The notes under the pieces were generated by a model. That model searched no databases. It was not told where the DNA came from and worked only from the letters and a program-made list of their open reading frames with translations. A stretch of DNA of 64,000 nucleotides, taken from Acidimicrobiaceae bacterium (GTDB lineage Bacteria > Actinomycetota > Acidimicrobiia > Acidimicrobiales > RAAP-2). The stretch covers positions 9,041 through 73,040 of the forward strand of contig DAIDJP010000019.1 in assembly GCA_027451285.1 (NCBI GenBank), given 5' to 3'. This document shows, piece after piece, positions 36,837 through 46,351 of the stretch (position 1 is the first letter of the stretch; each line of letters opens with the position of its first letter). Position numbers and translations under genes: made by a program.

Positions 36837-38183
36837 ATGGGAATCCACACACACGGCACCAACAACGTGGACTGGGAGAGCCGCGTCGACATGGCGCGTC
36901 TGCGCGAGGAGCGCCTCGCTCGACTACAGGCGGAGCTCGAGTGCTCGGACCTCGGGGCGCTGCTGACCTTCGACTTCCACAACATCCGCTACATGACCGG
37001 CACCCATATCGGCACGTGGGCGATGGACAAGCTGATCCGCTTCGCGCTGCTGCCTCGAGGGGGCAAGCCGATCGTCTGGGACTTCGGGTCGGCGGCGCGC
37101 CACCACCAGCTCTACAATCCGTGGCTGAGCGGCGTCCAGGTCCTGCCCGACGGCACCGAGGTCCCCTACGAGGGGGCCCGCGCGGGCCTGTCCACGCTGC
37201 GCGGCGCGATTCCCCCTGGCGCGGACCGTGCCGGGGACGTGGCGTCCAAGATCAAGGAGGTGTTGCACCAGTACGGCCTCGAGAACGAGCCCGTCGGCGT
37301 CGACGTGATCGAGATGCCGATACTCACCGCGTTCGCCAAGGAGGGCATCTCGCTCGTCGACGGCCAGCAGGTCTTCCTCGCCGCGCGACGTCTCAAGACG
37401 CCCGACGAGATCGCGCTGCTGACCCAGGCGGCGTCGATGGTCGACGCCGCCTACGAGGAGCTGTACTCGTTCCTGCGAGCTGGCGTGCGCGAGAACGAGT
37501 GCGTGGCGGTCGTGAACAAGACCCTCTACGACCTGGGCAGCGAGCACGTCGAGGGCGTCAACGCGATCTCGGGCGAGCGCTGCTCGCCGCACCCGCACGT
37601 CTACAGTGACCGACTCATCCGCCCCGGGGATCCGGCGTTCTTCGACATCTTGCACAGCTTCAACGGGTATCGCACCTGCTACTACCGCACCTTCGCGGTG
37701 GGCAGCGCCTCGGTCGCCCAGCGTGACGCCTACACCAAGTGCCGCGAGCTGATCGACACCGCGATCGCGATGGTCAAGCCTGGGGTCACCACGGCCGACA
37801 TCGTCGCGTTGTGGCCCGCGGCCCAGGAGTTCGGCTTCGCCTCGGAGGAGGCGGCCTTCGGCCTGCAGTACGGCCACGGGGTCGGCTTGTCGATCTGGGA
37901 GCGGCCGATCTTCAGCCGCATGATCTCCTTCGACCACCCCGAAGTCCTCGAAGAGGGGATGGTTTTCGCCCTCGAGACCTACTGGCCGGCCAAGGACGGC
38001 TGGTCCGCGGCACGCATCGAGGAGGAGGTCGTCGTCACCGCGACCGGCTGCGAGGTCATCACCAAGTTCCCGGCCGAGGAGTTGCTCGTGGCGGGCAAGC
38101 GCTACTTCGCCGCGGGCGGAGCGCTCAGCGAGTTGCGCGAGTCCCAGTCCAACCTGAACACCCCGTGGGGTCGGGGCGAGTGA
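36837..38183 (+). CDS. M24 family (Xaa-Pro peptidase/creatinase-like) hydrolase
   Basis: LKTPDEI, FFDILH-FNGYRTCYYRTF, YGHGVGL, ALET, RIEEEV; AGGAGG SD. Confidence 0.9.
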   Translation: MGIHTHGTNNVDWESRVDMARLREERLARLQAELECSDLGALLTFDFHNIRYMTGTHIGTWAMDKLIRFALLPRGGKPIVWDFGSAARHHQLYNPWLSGVQVLPDGTEVPYEGARAGLSTLRGAIPPGADRAGDVASKIKEVLHQYGLENEPVGVDVIEMPILTAFAKEGISLVDGQQVFLAARRLKTPDEIALLTQAASMVDAAYEELYSFLRAGVRENECVAVVNKTLYDLGSEHVEGVNAISGERCSPHPHVYSDRLIRPGDPAFFDILHSFNGYRTCYYRTFAVGSASVAQRDAYTKCRELIDTAIAMVKPGVTTADIVALWPAAQEFGFASEEAAFGLQYGHGVGLSIWERPIFSRMISFDHPEVLEEGMVFALETYWPAKDGWSAARIEEEVVVTATGCEVITKFPAEELLVAGKRYFAAGGALSELRESQSNLNTPWGRGE

Positions 38184-38297
38184 CATCGTGGTTTGCCACA
38201 CCGGGCCGGAGGGGCGAGAACGACCCGTTGGTAAACTGCGCGGCACGGTGACGTGTCGAAGCGGTGGCGACGGTCGATCCGACGGAAGGGTAACGAC

Positions 38298-39089
38298 ATG
38301 GTGACGGGCGAGATGGCCACCGACAACGCGGCGGGCGTCGTACCCCCTCGTCGTACCCGCACGGTCGCCGCGGCCAACGGCCACGACGAGGTCCGTCTGG
38401 CGACGGAGCGAGCGACGGCCGACTCCGTGGGGGCTCGACTGCGCGTACGCCGCGAGGCGCGCGGGATCTCCCTGCGCCAGTTCGCTCGCCAGCTCGACGT
38501 CTCAGCGTCGTTCATCTCGCAGCTGGAGACCGGCAAGGCCAAGCCCTCGGTCGCGACCCTCTATTCCATCTGCGCCGCCCTCGACATGTCCATCGACGAA
38601 CTCTTCGCGGTGGAGGCGCCGGCTCCGCGCGACGCGGACTCCTTTGTGACGAGCAACGAGCAAGGGGTCAGCACGAGCGCGGGCCAGCGCGACACGTTGC
38701 TGCGTGGTTGGGCCGGTTCTCCCGGTGACGACCCCGTCCGTTCCCCCCTGGTATCGCCCTCGGAGCGCCGGGCTCTGGTACTGGACTCGGGCGTGACCTG
38801 GCAGCGTCTGACCGCGACCAACCATCCGCATTCGGACTTCATGTTCGTGCGTTACGACGTCGGCGGTAGCTCGACCTCCGACGGGCGCCTGGTGCGCCAC
38901 GCGGGCACCGAGTACGGATTCGTGATCTCGGGCACCCTCGAGGTGACCCTCGGATTTGAGACCTATCGCATGAATCCGGGAGACTCGATCTCCTTTGACT
39001 CCGAGGTGCCCCACCGACTGAGCAACGTGGGTGACGTGCCCGTCGAGGCGATCTGGTTCGATCAGCACTACGCCCACGGCGGCGAGTGA
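38298..39089 (+). CDS. XRE-family HTH + cupin transcriptional regulator
   Basis: ISLRQFARQLDVSASFISQLETGKAKPSVATL; C-terminal HAGTEYGFVISG ... GDSISFDSEVPH. Confidence 0.92.
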   Translation: MVTGEMATDNAAGVVPPRRTRTVAAANGHDEVRLATERATADSVGARLRVRREARGISLRQFARQLDVSASFISQLETGKAKPSVATLYSICAALDMSIDELFAVEAPAPRDADSFVTSNEQGVSTSAGQRDTLLRGWAGSPGDDPVRSPLVSPSERRALVLDSGVTWQRLTATNHPHSDFMFVRYDVGGSSTSDGRLVRHAGTEYGFVISGTLEVTLGFETYRMNPGDSISFDSEVPHRLSNVGDVPVEAIWFDQHYAHGGE

Positions 39090-39295
39090 GCCGTCACTAG
39101 GTCGTCTCCTCGCGCCTGGCGGCGCGGTCGGAAGCCGCAGCGACCCCGCGTCCTCGACGTGCGAGTCGAATCGCCATCCGCACCACAGGTGACAGGCTCG
39201 TCATCGCACGCGTGCGACCTGGCCAATGGCGCTATCGGCGGCGTGGCAATGTGGAGTCGCCGGCTCTGTCCGGCGTGGTCAAAGGAGACCAACGC

Positions 39296-42200
39296 ATGAC
39301 TGGACGCACCGATCCATCGATCGATGGATTGACCAGCGGCGCCATCGAGCGCGCGCAGCGACTTATTGATCGCTCCTCGCAACTGCGCGGACGTCGAGAG
39401 CGCGCGGCGCGCCGGCGCTTCTCGCGGCTCTTTCGAGATCCCGCGGCCCTGGACGTGACCATCACCCTCACAGATGACGTGATGCGCTTCGCGTCGGCGC
39501 GCGCGGCCGCGAGACAGCTGCGCCGCGCCGCCGCGCGCGCGAGCGTGGTGGGATTCGGAGTTGTCAACGCGTACGGACTGCGCGCGTTGTCGCGACTCAG
39601 CTCGATTCTTCCGAGTGCGGCCGTCGCGATCGTGCACACGCGGGTGCGCGCTCTGACCCGTGACCTCATCGGCGACGACGACCCGCGCGCGCTGAAGTAT
39701 CAGGTGGCGCGCCGGCGTGCGGCCGGCGAGGCGCTGAACGTGAACGTCCTGGGCGAGGCCGTCCTCGGCGAGCGCGAGGCGCAGGACCGACTCGCACGGG
39801 TTCTCGAGATGATCGCGCGCGACGACGTCGACTACGTCTCGGTCAAGCTCTCGGCGCTGGTCAGTCAGATCGTCACGTTCGATCACGACGGTTCGCGTGA
39901 ACGCGTCGCGTCTCGCCTGCGCACTCTATACCGGGCCGCCGCGACGAACGGGACGTTCATCAACCTCGATATGGAGGAGTATCGAGACCTTCGCATGACC
40001 GTGGACGCCTTTACTCTCGTCCTGGACGAGGACGAGTTCGCGGGCCTGACGGCGGGCATCGTCCTGCAGGCCTACCTACCCGAGTCGCACGGCGTCTTGG
40101 ACTCCCTGGCTTCGTGGGCGCGTGAGCGGGTGGCCGCGGGCGGCGCACCCATCAAGATTCGCCTCGTCAAGGGGGCCAATCTCGCAATGGAGCGGGCCGA
40201 GTCGCAACTGCACGGCTGGATCGCGGCCCCCTACGAGACGAAGGCCGACGTCGATGCGAGCTACCTGCGCCTGCTCGACGTCGCCCTCTCGACGGAGCAC
40301 GCCGGACACCTTCGCGTGGGGGTGGCCAGTCACAATCTCTTTCACGTCGCCTGGGCGCTCGAGGTGGCGCGTGAGCGCGGCGTTGAGGATCAGCTCGACG
40401 TGGAGATGCTCGAGGGGATGGCCCCCGCTGAGGCTGCGGCCCTCGTCGAGTCGGGTCAGCGCGTCTTGCTCTACGCGCCGGTCACGCGACGCGACGACTT
40501 CGCCGCGGCCGTCGCCTACCTGGTGCGGCGCCTCGACGAGAACACGTCGCCCGAGAACTACCTGCGCGCGGCCTTCTCCTTCGACGAAGACCCCGCGATT
40601 CTCGCCGAGCAGCGAGAGCGCTTCGTCGCCGCCGTTGCGGCCCGCCACGGGGTCGCCACGCAGCGTCGGCGACGCGGTGTGCCGGTCAGCGACGCCTTCG
40701 CCAACGAGCCCGATGGGGACCCCACCGATCCCGACTACGTGGCGGCGGTCGAGTCGGAGCTCACGGCGATCTACGACCTCTCCGACGTCGTCATTGGTGA
40801 CGCGCTCGACGACGTGGAGACCGGCGTCGACCCCAACGACGGCGGTCGAGCATGGTATCGCTATCGGGTCGCCACCCTCGATCGCGTCGACGAGGCCGTG
40901 GCGCTGGCGCGCGCGGCGTCGCTCGAGTGGGCGGGACACGACGACGCGTCGAGAGCGAAGGTGTTTGGCGAGGTCGCCCGTGTGATGGCCCAGCGTCGCG
41001 CGCGCAGCATCGCGGTGATGTCGCGCGACACCGGCAAGACGGTGGCCGAGGCCGACCCCGAGGTGAGCGAGGCGATTGACTTCGTTCGCTACTACGCCGA
41101 CGTCGCGCAGGGGGGACCCCCGTCGACGCCCCTTGGCGTCGTTCTCGTGGTGCCGCCGTGGAACTTCCCCTATTCGATTCCCACCGGTGGCGTCGCGGCC
41201 GCACTGGCCGCGGGCAACGCGGTCGTCCTCAAGCCCGCGCCCGAGGCCGTCGCGGTGGCGGCCGAGATCGCCGAACAGTTCTGGGCCGGCGGCGTGCCGC
41301 GCGACGTCCTGCAGTTCGTGCCCACCCGCGACGACGACGTGGGACGACACCTCGTCACCCACGACGGCGTCGACGCGGTGATCCTCACTGGTTCCTTCGA
41401 CACGGCTCGTCTCTTCCTGTCCTGGAAGCCCACGCTGCGCCTGCTGGCCGAGACCAGCGGCAAGAACGCGATCCTCGTCAGCGCGTGCGCCGACGTCGAC
41501 CAGGCGGTGCGTGACGTCGTGTCCTCGGCCTTCTCGCACGCCGGTCAGAAGTGCAGCGCCTCGAGTCTGGTCATCGTCGAGCGCTCGCTCTGGGAGGACT
41601 CGACCTTCGTCGCCCAGCTCACCGACGCGGTCACGAGCCTCGCGACCGGTTCGGCCCGCGACGCGTCGACGGTCGTCGGACCCCTGATTCGCCCGCCGGG
41701 TGAGGCCCTCGAGCGGGCGCTGACCTCGTGCGAGCCGGGCGAGAGCTGGTTGGTCGAGCCCCGTCGGCGTGACGCCGAGGGGTTCTCCTGGTCCCCCGGG
41801 GTGAAGGTCGGGGTCGCGCCGGGCTCGTGGAGCCACCGTCACGAGTGGTTCGGGCCGGTGCTCGGCGTCATGATCGCCCCCGACTTCGCGACCGCACTGC
41901 GCTGGCAGAACGAGGTTCCCTTCGGGCTCACCGCTGGCATCGCGTCGCTCGACGAAGACGAGTGCGCGACGTGGATCGACGCCGTCGAGGCGGGCAATCT
42001 GTACGTGAACCGCGGTGTCACCGGCGCCGTGGTGCGCCGCCAGCCCTTCGGCGGCTGGAAGATGAGTTCGGTGGGCCCGACCGCCAAAGCCGGGGGCGCC
42101 CACTACGTCGACGCCCTGCGCGCCTGGGCTCGCGTGCACGACGCGGCGAGCGCGCTCGAGGACGCGGCGCGATGGTTTGGCGAGTTCGGCGGGGCGGCCC

Positions 42201-42649
42201 TCGACGTCTCGGGACTCGAGGTCGAGCGCAACGTCGCGCGATTCCGGCGCCGCGGGCCGATCGTGGTGCGCGTCGCGGCGGACATCGCCGGCGTCGAGCG
42301 CGACTATCTCGCCGGCCTCATCGACCTGCTGGGCGTGGAGGTGTCGCTCAGTTGCGCGGCCCCCGCCGACGGGTTGGACGTGGTGGTCGAAGACGTCAGC
42401 GGAGTGGCCACACGCGCGCGCGGCGCGGCGCGGGTGCGTTGGCTCAGTGAGGAGGCGGCGCCGGTGCTCGCGCTGCTCGACGCGGGAGTGAGCGTCGACC
42501 CACGCCACCTGGCCCAGGCGGGATCGGTCGAGGCGCCGCGCTGGCTCTTCGAGCAGAGCGTCGCGATCACGCGCCACCGCTACGGCAACGTGCACGCCGG
42601 TCCCCAGCCGCGCTGTGAGGGTTTGAACAACTCGCGCACAACCCTTTAG
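39296..42649 (+). CDS. putA: Bifunctional proline dehydrogenase / P5C dehydrogenase
   Basis: INLDMEEY, RLVKGAN, GVASHN, LVRRLDEN, PPWNFP, ETSGKN, AGQKCSA, FGG-KMS; AAAGGAG SD. Confidence 0.95.
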   Translation: MTGRTDPSIDGLTSGAIERAQRLIDRSSQLRGRRERAARRRFSRLFRDPAALDVTITLTDDVMRFASARAAARQLRRAAARASVVGFGVVNAYGLRALSRLSSILPSAAVAIVHTRVRALTRDLIGDDDPRALKYQVARRRAAGEALNVNVLGEAVLGEREAQDRLARVLEMIARDDVDYVSVKLSALVSQIVTFDHDGSRERVASRLRTLYRAAATNGTFINLDMEEYRDLRMTVDAFTLVLDEDEFAGLTAGIVLQAYLPESHGVLDSLASWARERVAAGGAPIKIRLVKGANLAMERAESQLHGWIAAPYETKADVDASYLRLLDVALSTEHAGHLRVGVASHNLFHVAWALEVARERGVEDQLDVEMLEGMAPAEAAALVESGQRVLLYAPVTRRDDFAAAVAYLVRRLDENTSPENYLRAAFSFDEDPAILAEQRERFVAAVAARHGVATQRRRRGVPVSDAFANEPDGDPTDPDYVAAVESELTAIYDLSDVVIGDALDDVETGVDPNDGGRAWYRYRVATLDRVDEAVALARAASLEWAGHDDASRAKVFGEVARVMAQRRARSIAVMSRDTGKTVAEADPEVSEAIDFVRYYADVAQGGPPSTPLGVVLVVPPWNFPYSIPTGGVAAALAAGNAVVLKPAPEAVAVAAEIAEQFWAGGVPRDVLQFVPTRDDDVGRHLVTHDGVDAVILTGSFDTARLFLSWKPTLRLLAETSGKNAILVSACADVDQAVRDVVSSAFSHAGQKCSASSLVIVERSLWEDSTFVAQLTDAVTSLATGSARDASTVVGPLIRPPGEALERALTSCEPGESWLVEPRRRDAEGFSWSPGVKVGVAPGSWSHRHEWFGPVLGVMIAPDFATALRWQNEVPFGLTAGIASLDEDECATWIDAVEAGNLYVNRGVTGAVVRRQPFGGWKMSSVGPTAKAGGAHYVDALRAWARVHDAASALEDAARWFGEFGGAALDVSGLEVERNVARFRRRGPIVVRVAADIAGVERDYLAGLIDLLGVEVSLSCAAPADGLDVVVEDVSGVATRARGAARVRWLSEEAAPVLALLDAGVSVDPRHLAQAGSVEAPRWLFEQSVAITRHRYGNVHAGPQPRCEGLNNSRTTL

Positions 42650-42721
42650 AGTTCTCTGAGACCTCAAGTCGCGCCGGTCCAAATCCAAAGATTCGCCGAC
42701 GGGTGCCACTACGATTCCCCC

Positions 42722-42775
42722 ATGCTGGCGCGCCGTACATCCGTGTGCGCTCTCGATGCCCCACGACGAACGTGA
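42722..42775 (+). CDS. Putative leaderless 17-aa upstream ORF (MLARRTSVCALDAPRRT)
   Basis: TACGAT (42710) + 6 nt + ATG; its TGA overlaps the GTG (42772) of the next gene. Confidence 0.4.
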   Translation: MLARRTSVCALDAPRRT

Positions 42776-44946
42776 CGAACCACCACACACTGGCACCGGG
42801 GCGCTCGCGACGCTCTCGAACGTTGCTCGCCGGAATCGCACACCCGCCGCTGCGCGAGCGGCGGTTCTGGCTGGCTGAGTTCATGGTGCTGGTCGCCGTG
42901 GTGCTGTACTCGCTCGGCGACGACCTCTACGAGCACCACGTGGTCGCCGTGCCCGGCTTCGTGTGGGTCCTGTTGCTGCTCCTGCCCGTCATCTACGCGG
43001 GGACGTCCTTCGGCCTCGGGGGCTCGCTTGGCGTGGCGGCGACCGGGGCTGTCCTCGCGATCCCGACGATCCTGGTGACGACCCATCAGCGTGACCAGCT
43101 CTGGGGAGCTTCGAGCGACCTCGCGATCGTGATGGTGGTGGCGGTCGTGGTGGGCTGGCGCTACGAGTCGATGCGCGCAAGCGTGACCCAGAACGCGATG
43201 TTGGGCTCCTTCGCCCTTGACGATCAGCGGTTTCGCCTGGCCTTCGAGGACAACATGGCGGCCATGGCGGTGGTCGGACTCGACGGCAAGGTCCTCCGAG
43301 TGAACGACGCCCTCGTCGAGTTCCTCGAGCGCCCGCGCGAGCAGATCGTGGGCACCAGCATGATGGAGTTCACTCACCCCGACGACGTCGGCAAGTCGCG
43401 CGAGCTCAACCGGCGTCTCGATTCGGGTGAGGCTGAGCAGATCCGTATCATCAAGCGCTACGTGCGAGGCGACGGCTCCATCGCGATCGCCGAGGTGTCC
43501 AAGTCTGTCGCCAAGGACGAACTCGATCGGCCCCTCTTCGCGATTACCTCGATCCGCGACATCACCGACCAGCAGGTTCTCACCGATCAACTGGCTCATC
43601 AGGCGCTGCACGACTCTCTCACCGGGCTGGCCAATCGAACGTTGCTGGGCGACCGGATGAACCACACGCTCGAGCGCGTGCGCCGGCGTGGCGGCATGAT
43701 CGCACTGTTCCTGCTCGACCTCGACAACTTCAAAGAGGTGAACGACACGCTCGGCCACCTGGTGGGCGACTCCTTGCTCGCGGCGATCGCGACGCGCCTC
43801 GAACGCATGGTTCGCGCCTCGGACACCGTGTCACGCTTCGGCGGCGACGAGTTCGTCTACTTCGCCGAGGACGTGGCGGACGTCAACGACGTGCACGCGA
43901 TCGCGGCCCGATTGCAGATGGCCTTCGCCGAGCCCTTCGTTCTCTCGGGGCACGTACTGCGTCAAGGGGTCAGTATCGGCGTTGTTGTCTGCAATGGTGA
44001 GGAGGGGCGCACCGGCGACGACATGTTCCGCGACGCCGACATCGCCATGTACGAGGCCAAGCGTCTCGGGCGGGACCGCTATGTCGTCTTCGACAGCGAG
44101 ATGAGCAAGCGGTCTTCCCTGCACTTCAAGCTCAGCCAAGACCTCAAGCTCGCGCTGTCGCGGCGCGAGCTCTCGATGCACTACCAGCCCTTCGTTAACC
44201 TCAACTCGGGCGAGGTGCTGGGTTTCGAGGCCCTGATGCGTTGGCACCACCCTGAGGAGGGACTCGTCTCGCCCGAGGTCTTCATCCCGCTGGCCGAACA
44301 GAGCGACCTGGTGCGCCACCTCGGCGTCTTCGCCCTCGAGACGGCGACCTTCGAAGGCGCGCAGTGGCGCGAACTCAGCCCCACGGTCGATGGTCCCTAC
44401 ATCGGCGTCAACCTCTCGGCGCGCCAGTTCCACGACCCGAACCTCTTCGAGATCGTCAAGCGCGTCCTCTCCGAGAGTGGATTGGCCGCGAACCGGCTGG
44501 CCCTCGAGGTGACCGAGAGCGTGGCGCTCTCCGACGTCGACACGACTATCGGAGTGCTCGACCAACTCAAGCGACTCGAGGTGGTGACCGCCCTCGACGA
44601 CTTCGGTACGGGCTACTCGTCGTTGGCGTACTTGGCGCGCCTGCGTCCCGACGTGATCAAGATCGACCGCAGCTTCATCGGCGCCGCGCTCGACTCGACC
44701 TTCGACGAGCGCGTGCTCGAATCGCTGATCGCGCTGTGCCATCGCCTCGACATGCTGGTCCTGGCCGAGGGGATCGAGACCAGCCGACAGCTGGCCCTGC
44801 TGCGCGAGATGGGCTGCTCGCTGGGCCAGGGTTTCCTGTTCTCGCCCCCGGTCCCTGCCGAGGGGGTGCGCGAGCTACCGCGAATCGTGGCCGAACACTG
44901 GCGCGAAGCGAGCAATGAGACGGACGTGTCGGGCTCGCTCTCCTAG
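42772..44946 (+). CDS. Membrane-bound PAS-GGDEF-EAL diguanylate cyclase/phosphodiesterase
   Basis: TM region, PAS (THPDD), DLDNFKEVND, RFGGDEF, FEALMRW, DDFGTGYSS. Start uncertain. Confidence 0.92.
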   Translation: MTNHHTLAPGRSRRSRTLLAGIAHPPLRERRFWLAEFMVLVAVVLYSLGDDLYEHHVVAVPGFVWVLLLLLPVIYAGTSFGLGGSLGVAATGAVLAIPTILVTTHQRDQLWGASSDLAIVMVVAVVVGWRYESMRASVTQNAMLGSFALDDQRFRLAFEDNMAAMAVVGLDGKVLRVNDALVEFLERPREQIVGTSMMEFTHPDDVGKSRELNRRLDSGEAEQIRIIKRYVRGDGSIAIAEVSKSVAKDELDRPLFAITSIRDITDQQVLTDQLAHQALHDSLTGLANRTLLGDRMNHTLERVRRRGGMIALFLLDLDNFKEVNDTLGHLVGDSLLAAIATRLERMVRASDTVSRFGGDEFVYFAEDVADVNDVHAIAARLQMAFAEPFVLSGHVLRQGVSIGVVVCNGEEGRTGDDMFRDADIAMYEAKRLGRDRYVVFDSEMSKRSSLHFKLSQDLKLALSRRELSMHYQPFVNLNSGEVLGFEALMRWHHPEEGLVSPEVFIPLAEQSDLVRHLGVFALETATFEGAQWRELSPTVDGPYIGVNLSARQFHDPNLFEIVKRVLSESGLAANRLALEVTESVALSDVDTTIGVLDQLKRLEVVTALDDFGTGYSSLAYLARLRPDVIKIDRSFIGAALDSTFDERVLESLIALCHRLDMLVLAEGIETSRQLALLREMGCSLGQGFLFSPPVPAEGVRELPRIVAEHWREASNETDVSGSLS

Positions 44947-45114
44947 ATCGAGCTCGGGTCCGGAAAGCAGGCCCCACGAGGGTCGGACCGTCGTTCGCGG
45001 CCGCCTTCACGCTCTGGGCGGGGGTCGCGGAGATCGCCTTTGGTAGGGTTGCTTCCGACCGATTGCGTGGTCAGTCGGTGGGCCCGTCCCCGGGCCAGTC
45101 ACGAAGGAGTGAAG

Positions 45115-46311
45115 GTGAAGGTTCTCGTACTCGGGGGAGACGGCTTCTGCGGTTGGCCGACATCGTTGCATCTGGCCGACGTGGGACACGACGTCACCAT
45201 CATCGACAACCTGAGCCGACGGGCGATCGACCTCGAGCTCGAGGTGGACTCCCTGACCCCGATCCGCCCGATCGGCGAGCGGATCCGCGTTTGGAAGGAG
45301 TTGTCGGGCCAGGAGATCGGCTTCGTCAACCTGAACCTGGCCACCGAGTACGACCGGTTCGAGAACCTGCTGCGCGATTTGCGCCCCGACGCCATCGTGC
45401 ACTTCGGCGAGCAGCGCAGCGCGCCCTACTCCATGCGCTCGAACGCGGCCAAGCGCTACACCGTCGACAACAACGTGCGCGGCACCCACAACGTGCTCGC
45501 CGCCATCGTGGCCTCGGGGCTTGACATCGCGCTCGTTCACCTGGGCACGATGGGCGTCTACGGATATGGCTGGTCGGGCTCGGCGCCGATCCCCGAGGGA
45601 TACCTCACGGTGAAGGTCCCCACTCCCGACGGCGACATCGAGCGCGAGATCCTGCACCCGGCGAACCCCGGCTCCGTCTACCACCTCACCAAGACGCTGG
45701 ACCAGCTGCTCTTCACCTTCTACGCGGCCAACGACCAGATCCGCATCACCGACCTGCACCAGGGCATCGTCTGGGGCACCCAGACCCCCCAGACCGCCCT
45801 CGACGAGCGGCTCATCAACCGCTTCGACTACGACGGCGACTACGGCACGGTGCTCAACCGGTTCTTGATGCAGGCCGCCATCGGGCACCCGCTCACCGTG
45901 CACGGCACCGGCGGCCAGACCCGCGCCTTCATCCACATCCGCGACACCGTGCGCTGCATCCAGATCGCCCTGGAGAACCCGCCGACGCGCGGGGACAAGC
46001 CGATGGTCTTCAACCAGGTGACCGAGACCTACCGCGTGCGCGACCTGGCCGAGCTGATCGCCCGTCTCACGGGCGTCGAGATCGCGAACCTGCCCAACCC
46101 GCGCCGCGAGGCCGCCGAGAACGAGCTCAACGTGAGCCGCGACCGGTTCATGGCCCTCGGCCTCAACCCCACGTACCTCTCCGAGGGGCTGCTCGAGGAG
46201 GTGCGCGACGTGGCCGAGAAGTACCGCAACCGCGCCGACACCACCAAGATCATCGCGCGCTCCACCTGGCGTGCCGGCATGGAGACGTCGCCCGACCTGA
46301 TGAAGAACTAG
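45115..46311 (+). CDS. sqdB: UDP-sulfoquinovose synthase
   Basis: VLGGDGFCGWPTSLHL, HFGEQRSAPYS, HLGTMGVYGY, YHLTK, DLHQGIVWG, RFDYDGDYGTVLNRF, AENEL. Confidence 0.88.
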   Translation: MKVLVLGGDGFCGWPTSLHLADVGHDVTIIDNLSRRAIDLELEVDSLTPIRPIGERIRVWKELSGQEIGFVNLNLATEYDRFENLLRDLRPDAIVHFGEQRSAPYSMRSNAAKRYTVDNNVRGTHNVLAAIVASGLDIALVHLGTMGVYGYGWSGSAPIPEGYLTVKVPTPDGDIEREILHPANPGSVYHLTKTLDQLLFTFYAANDQIRITDLHQGIVWGTQTPQTALDERLINRFDYDGDYGTVLNRFLMQAAIGHPLTVHGTGGQTRAFIHIRDTVRCIQIALENPPTRGDKPMVFNQVTETYRVRDLAELIARLTGVEIANLPNPRREAAENELNVSRDRFMALGLNPTYLSEGLLEEVRDVAEKYRNRADTTKIIARSTWRAGMETSPDLMKN

Positions 46312-46351
46312 CCATCCACACGGCGCGCCCGCGCCGTGTGAGAATCGGGCT

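Noticed and set aside
40076-42841. 921-aa minus-strand ORF
   Set aside because: Antisense shadow of putA. High GC3 suppresses stops on the opposite strand, and the translation has no recognisable motifs.
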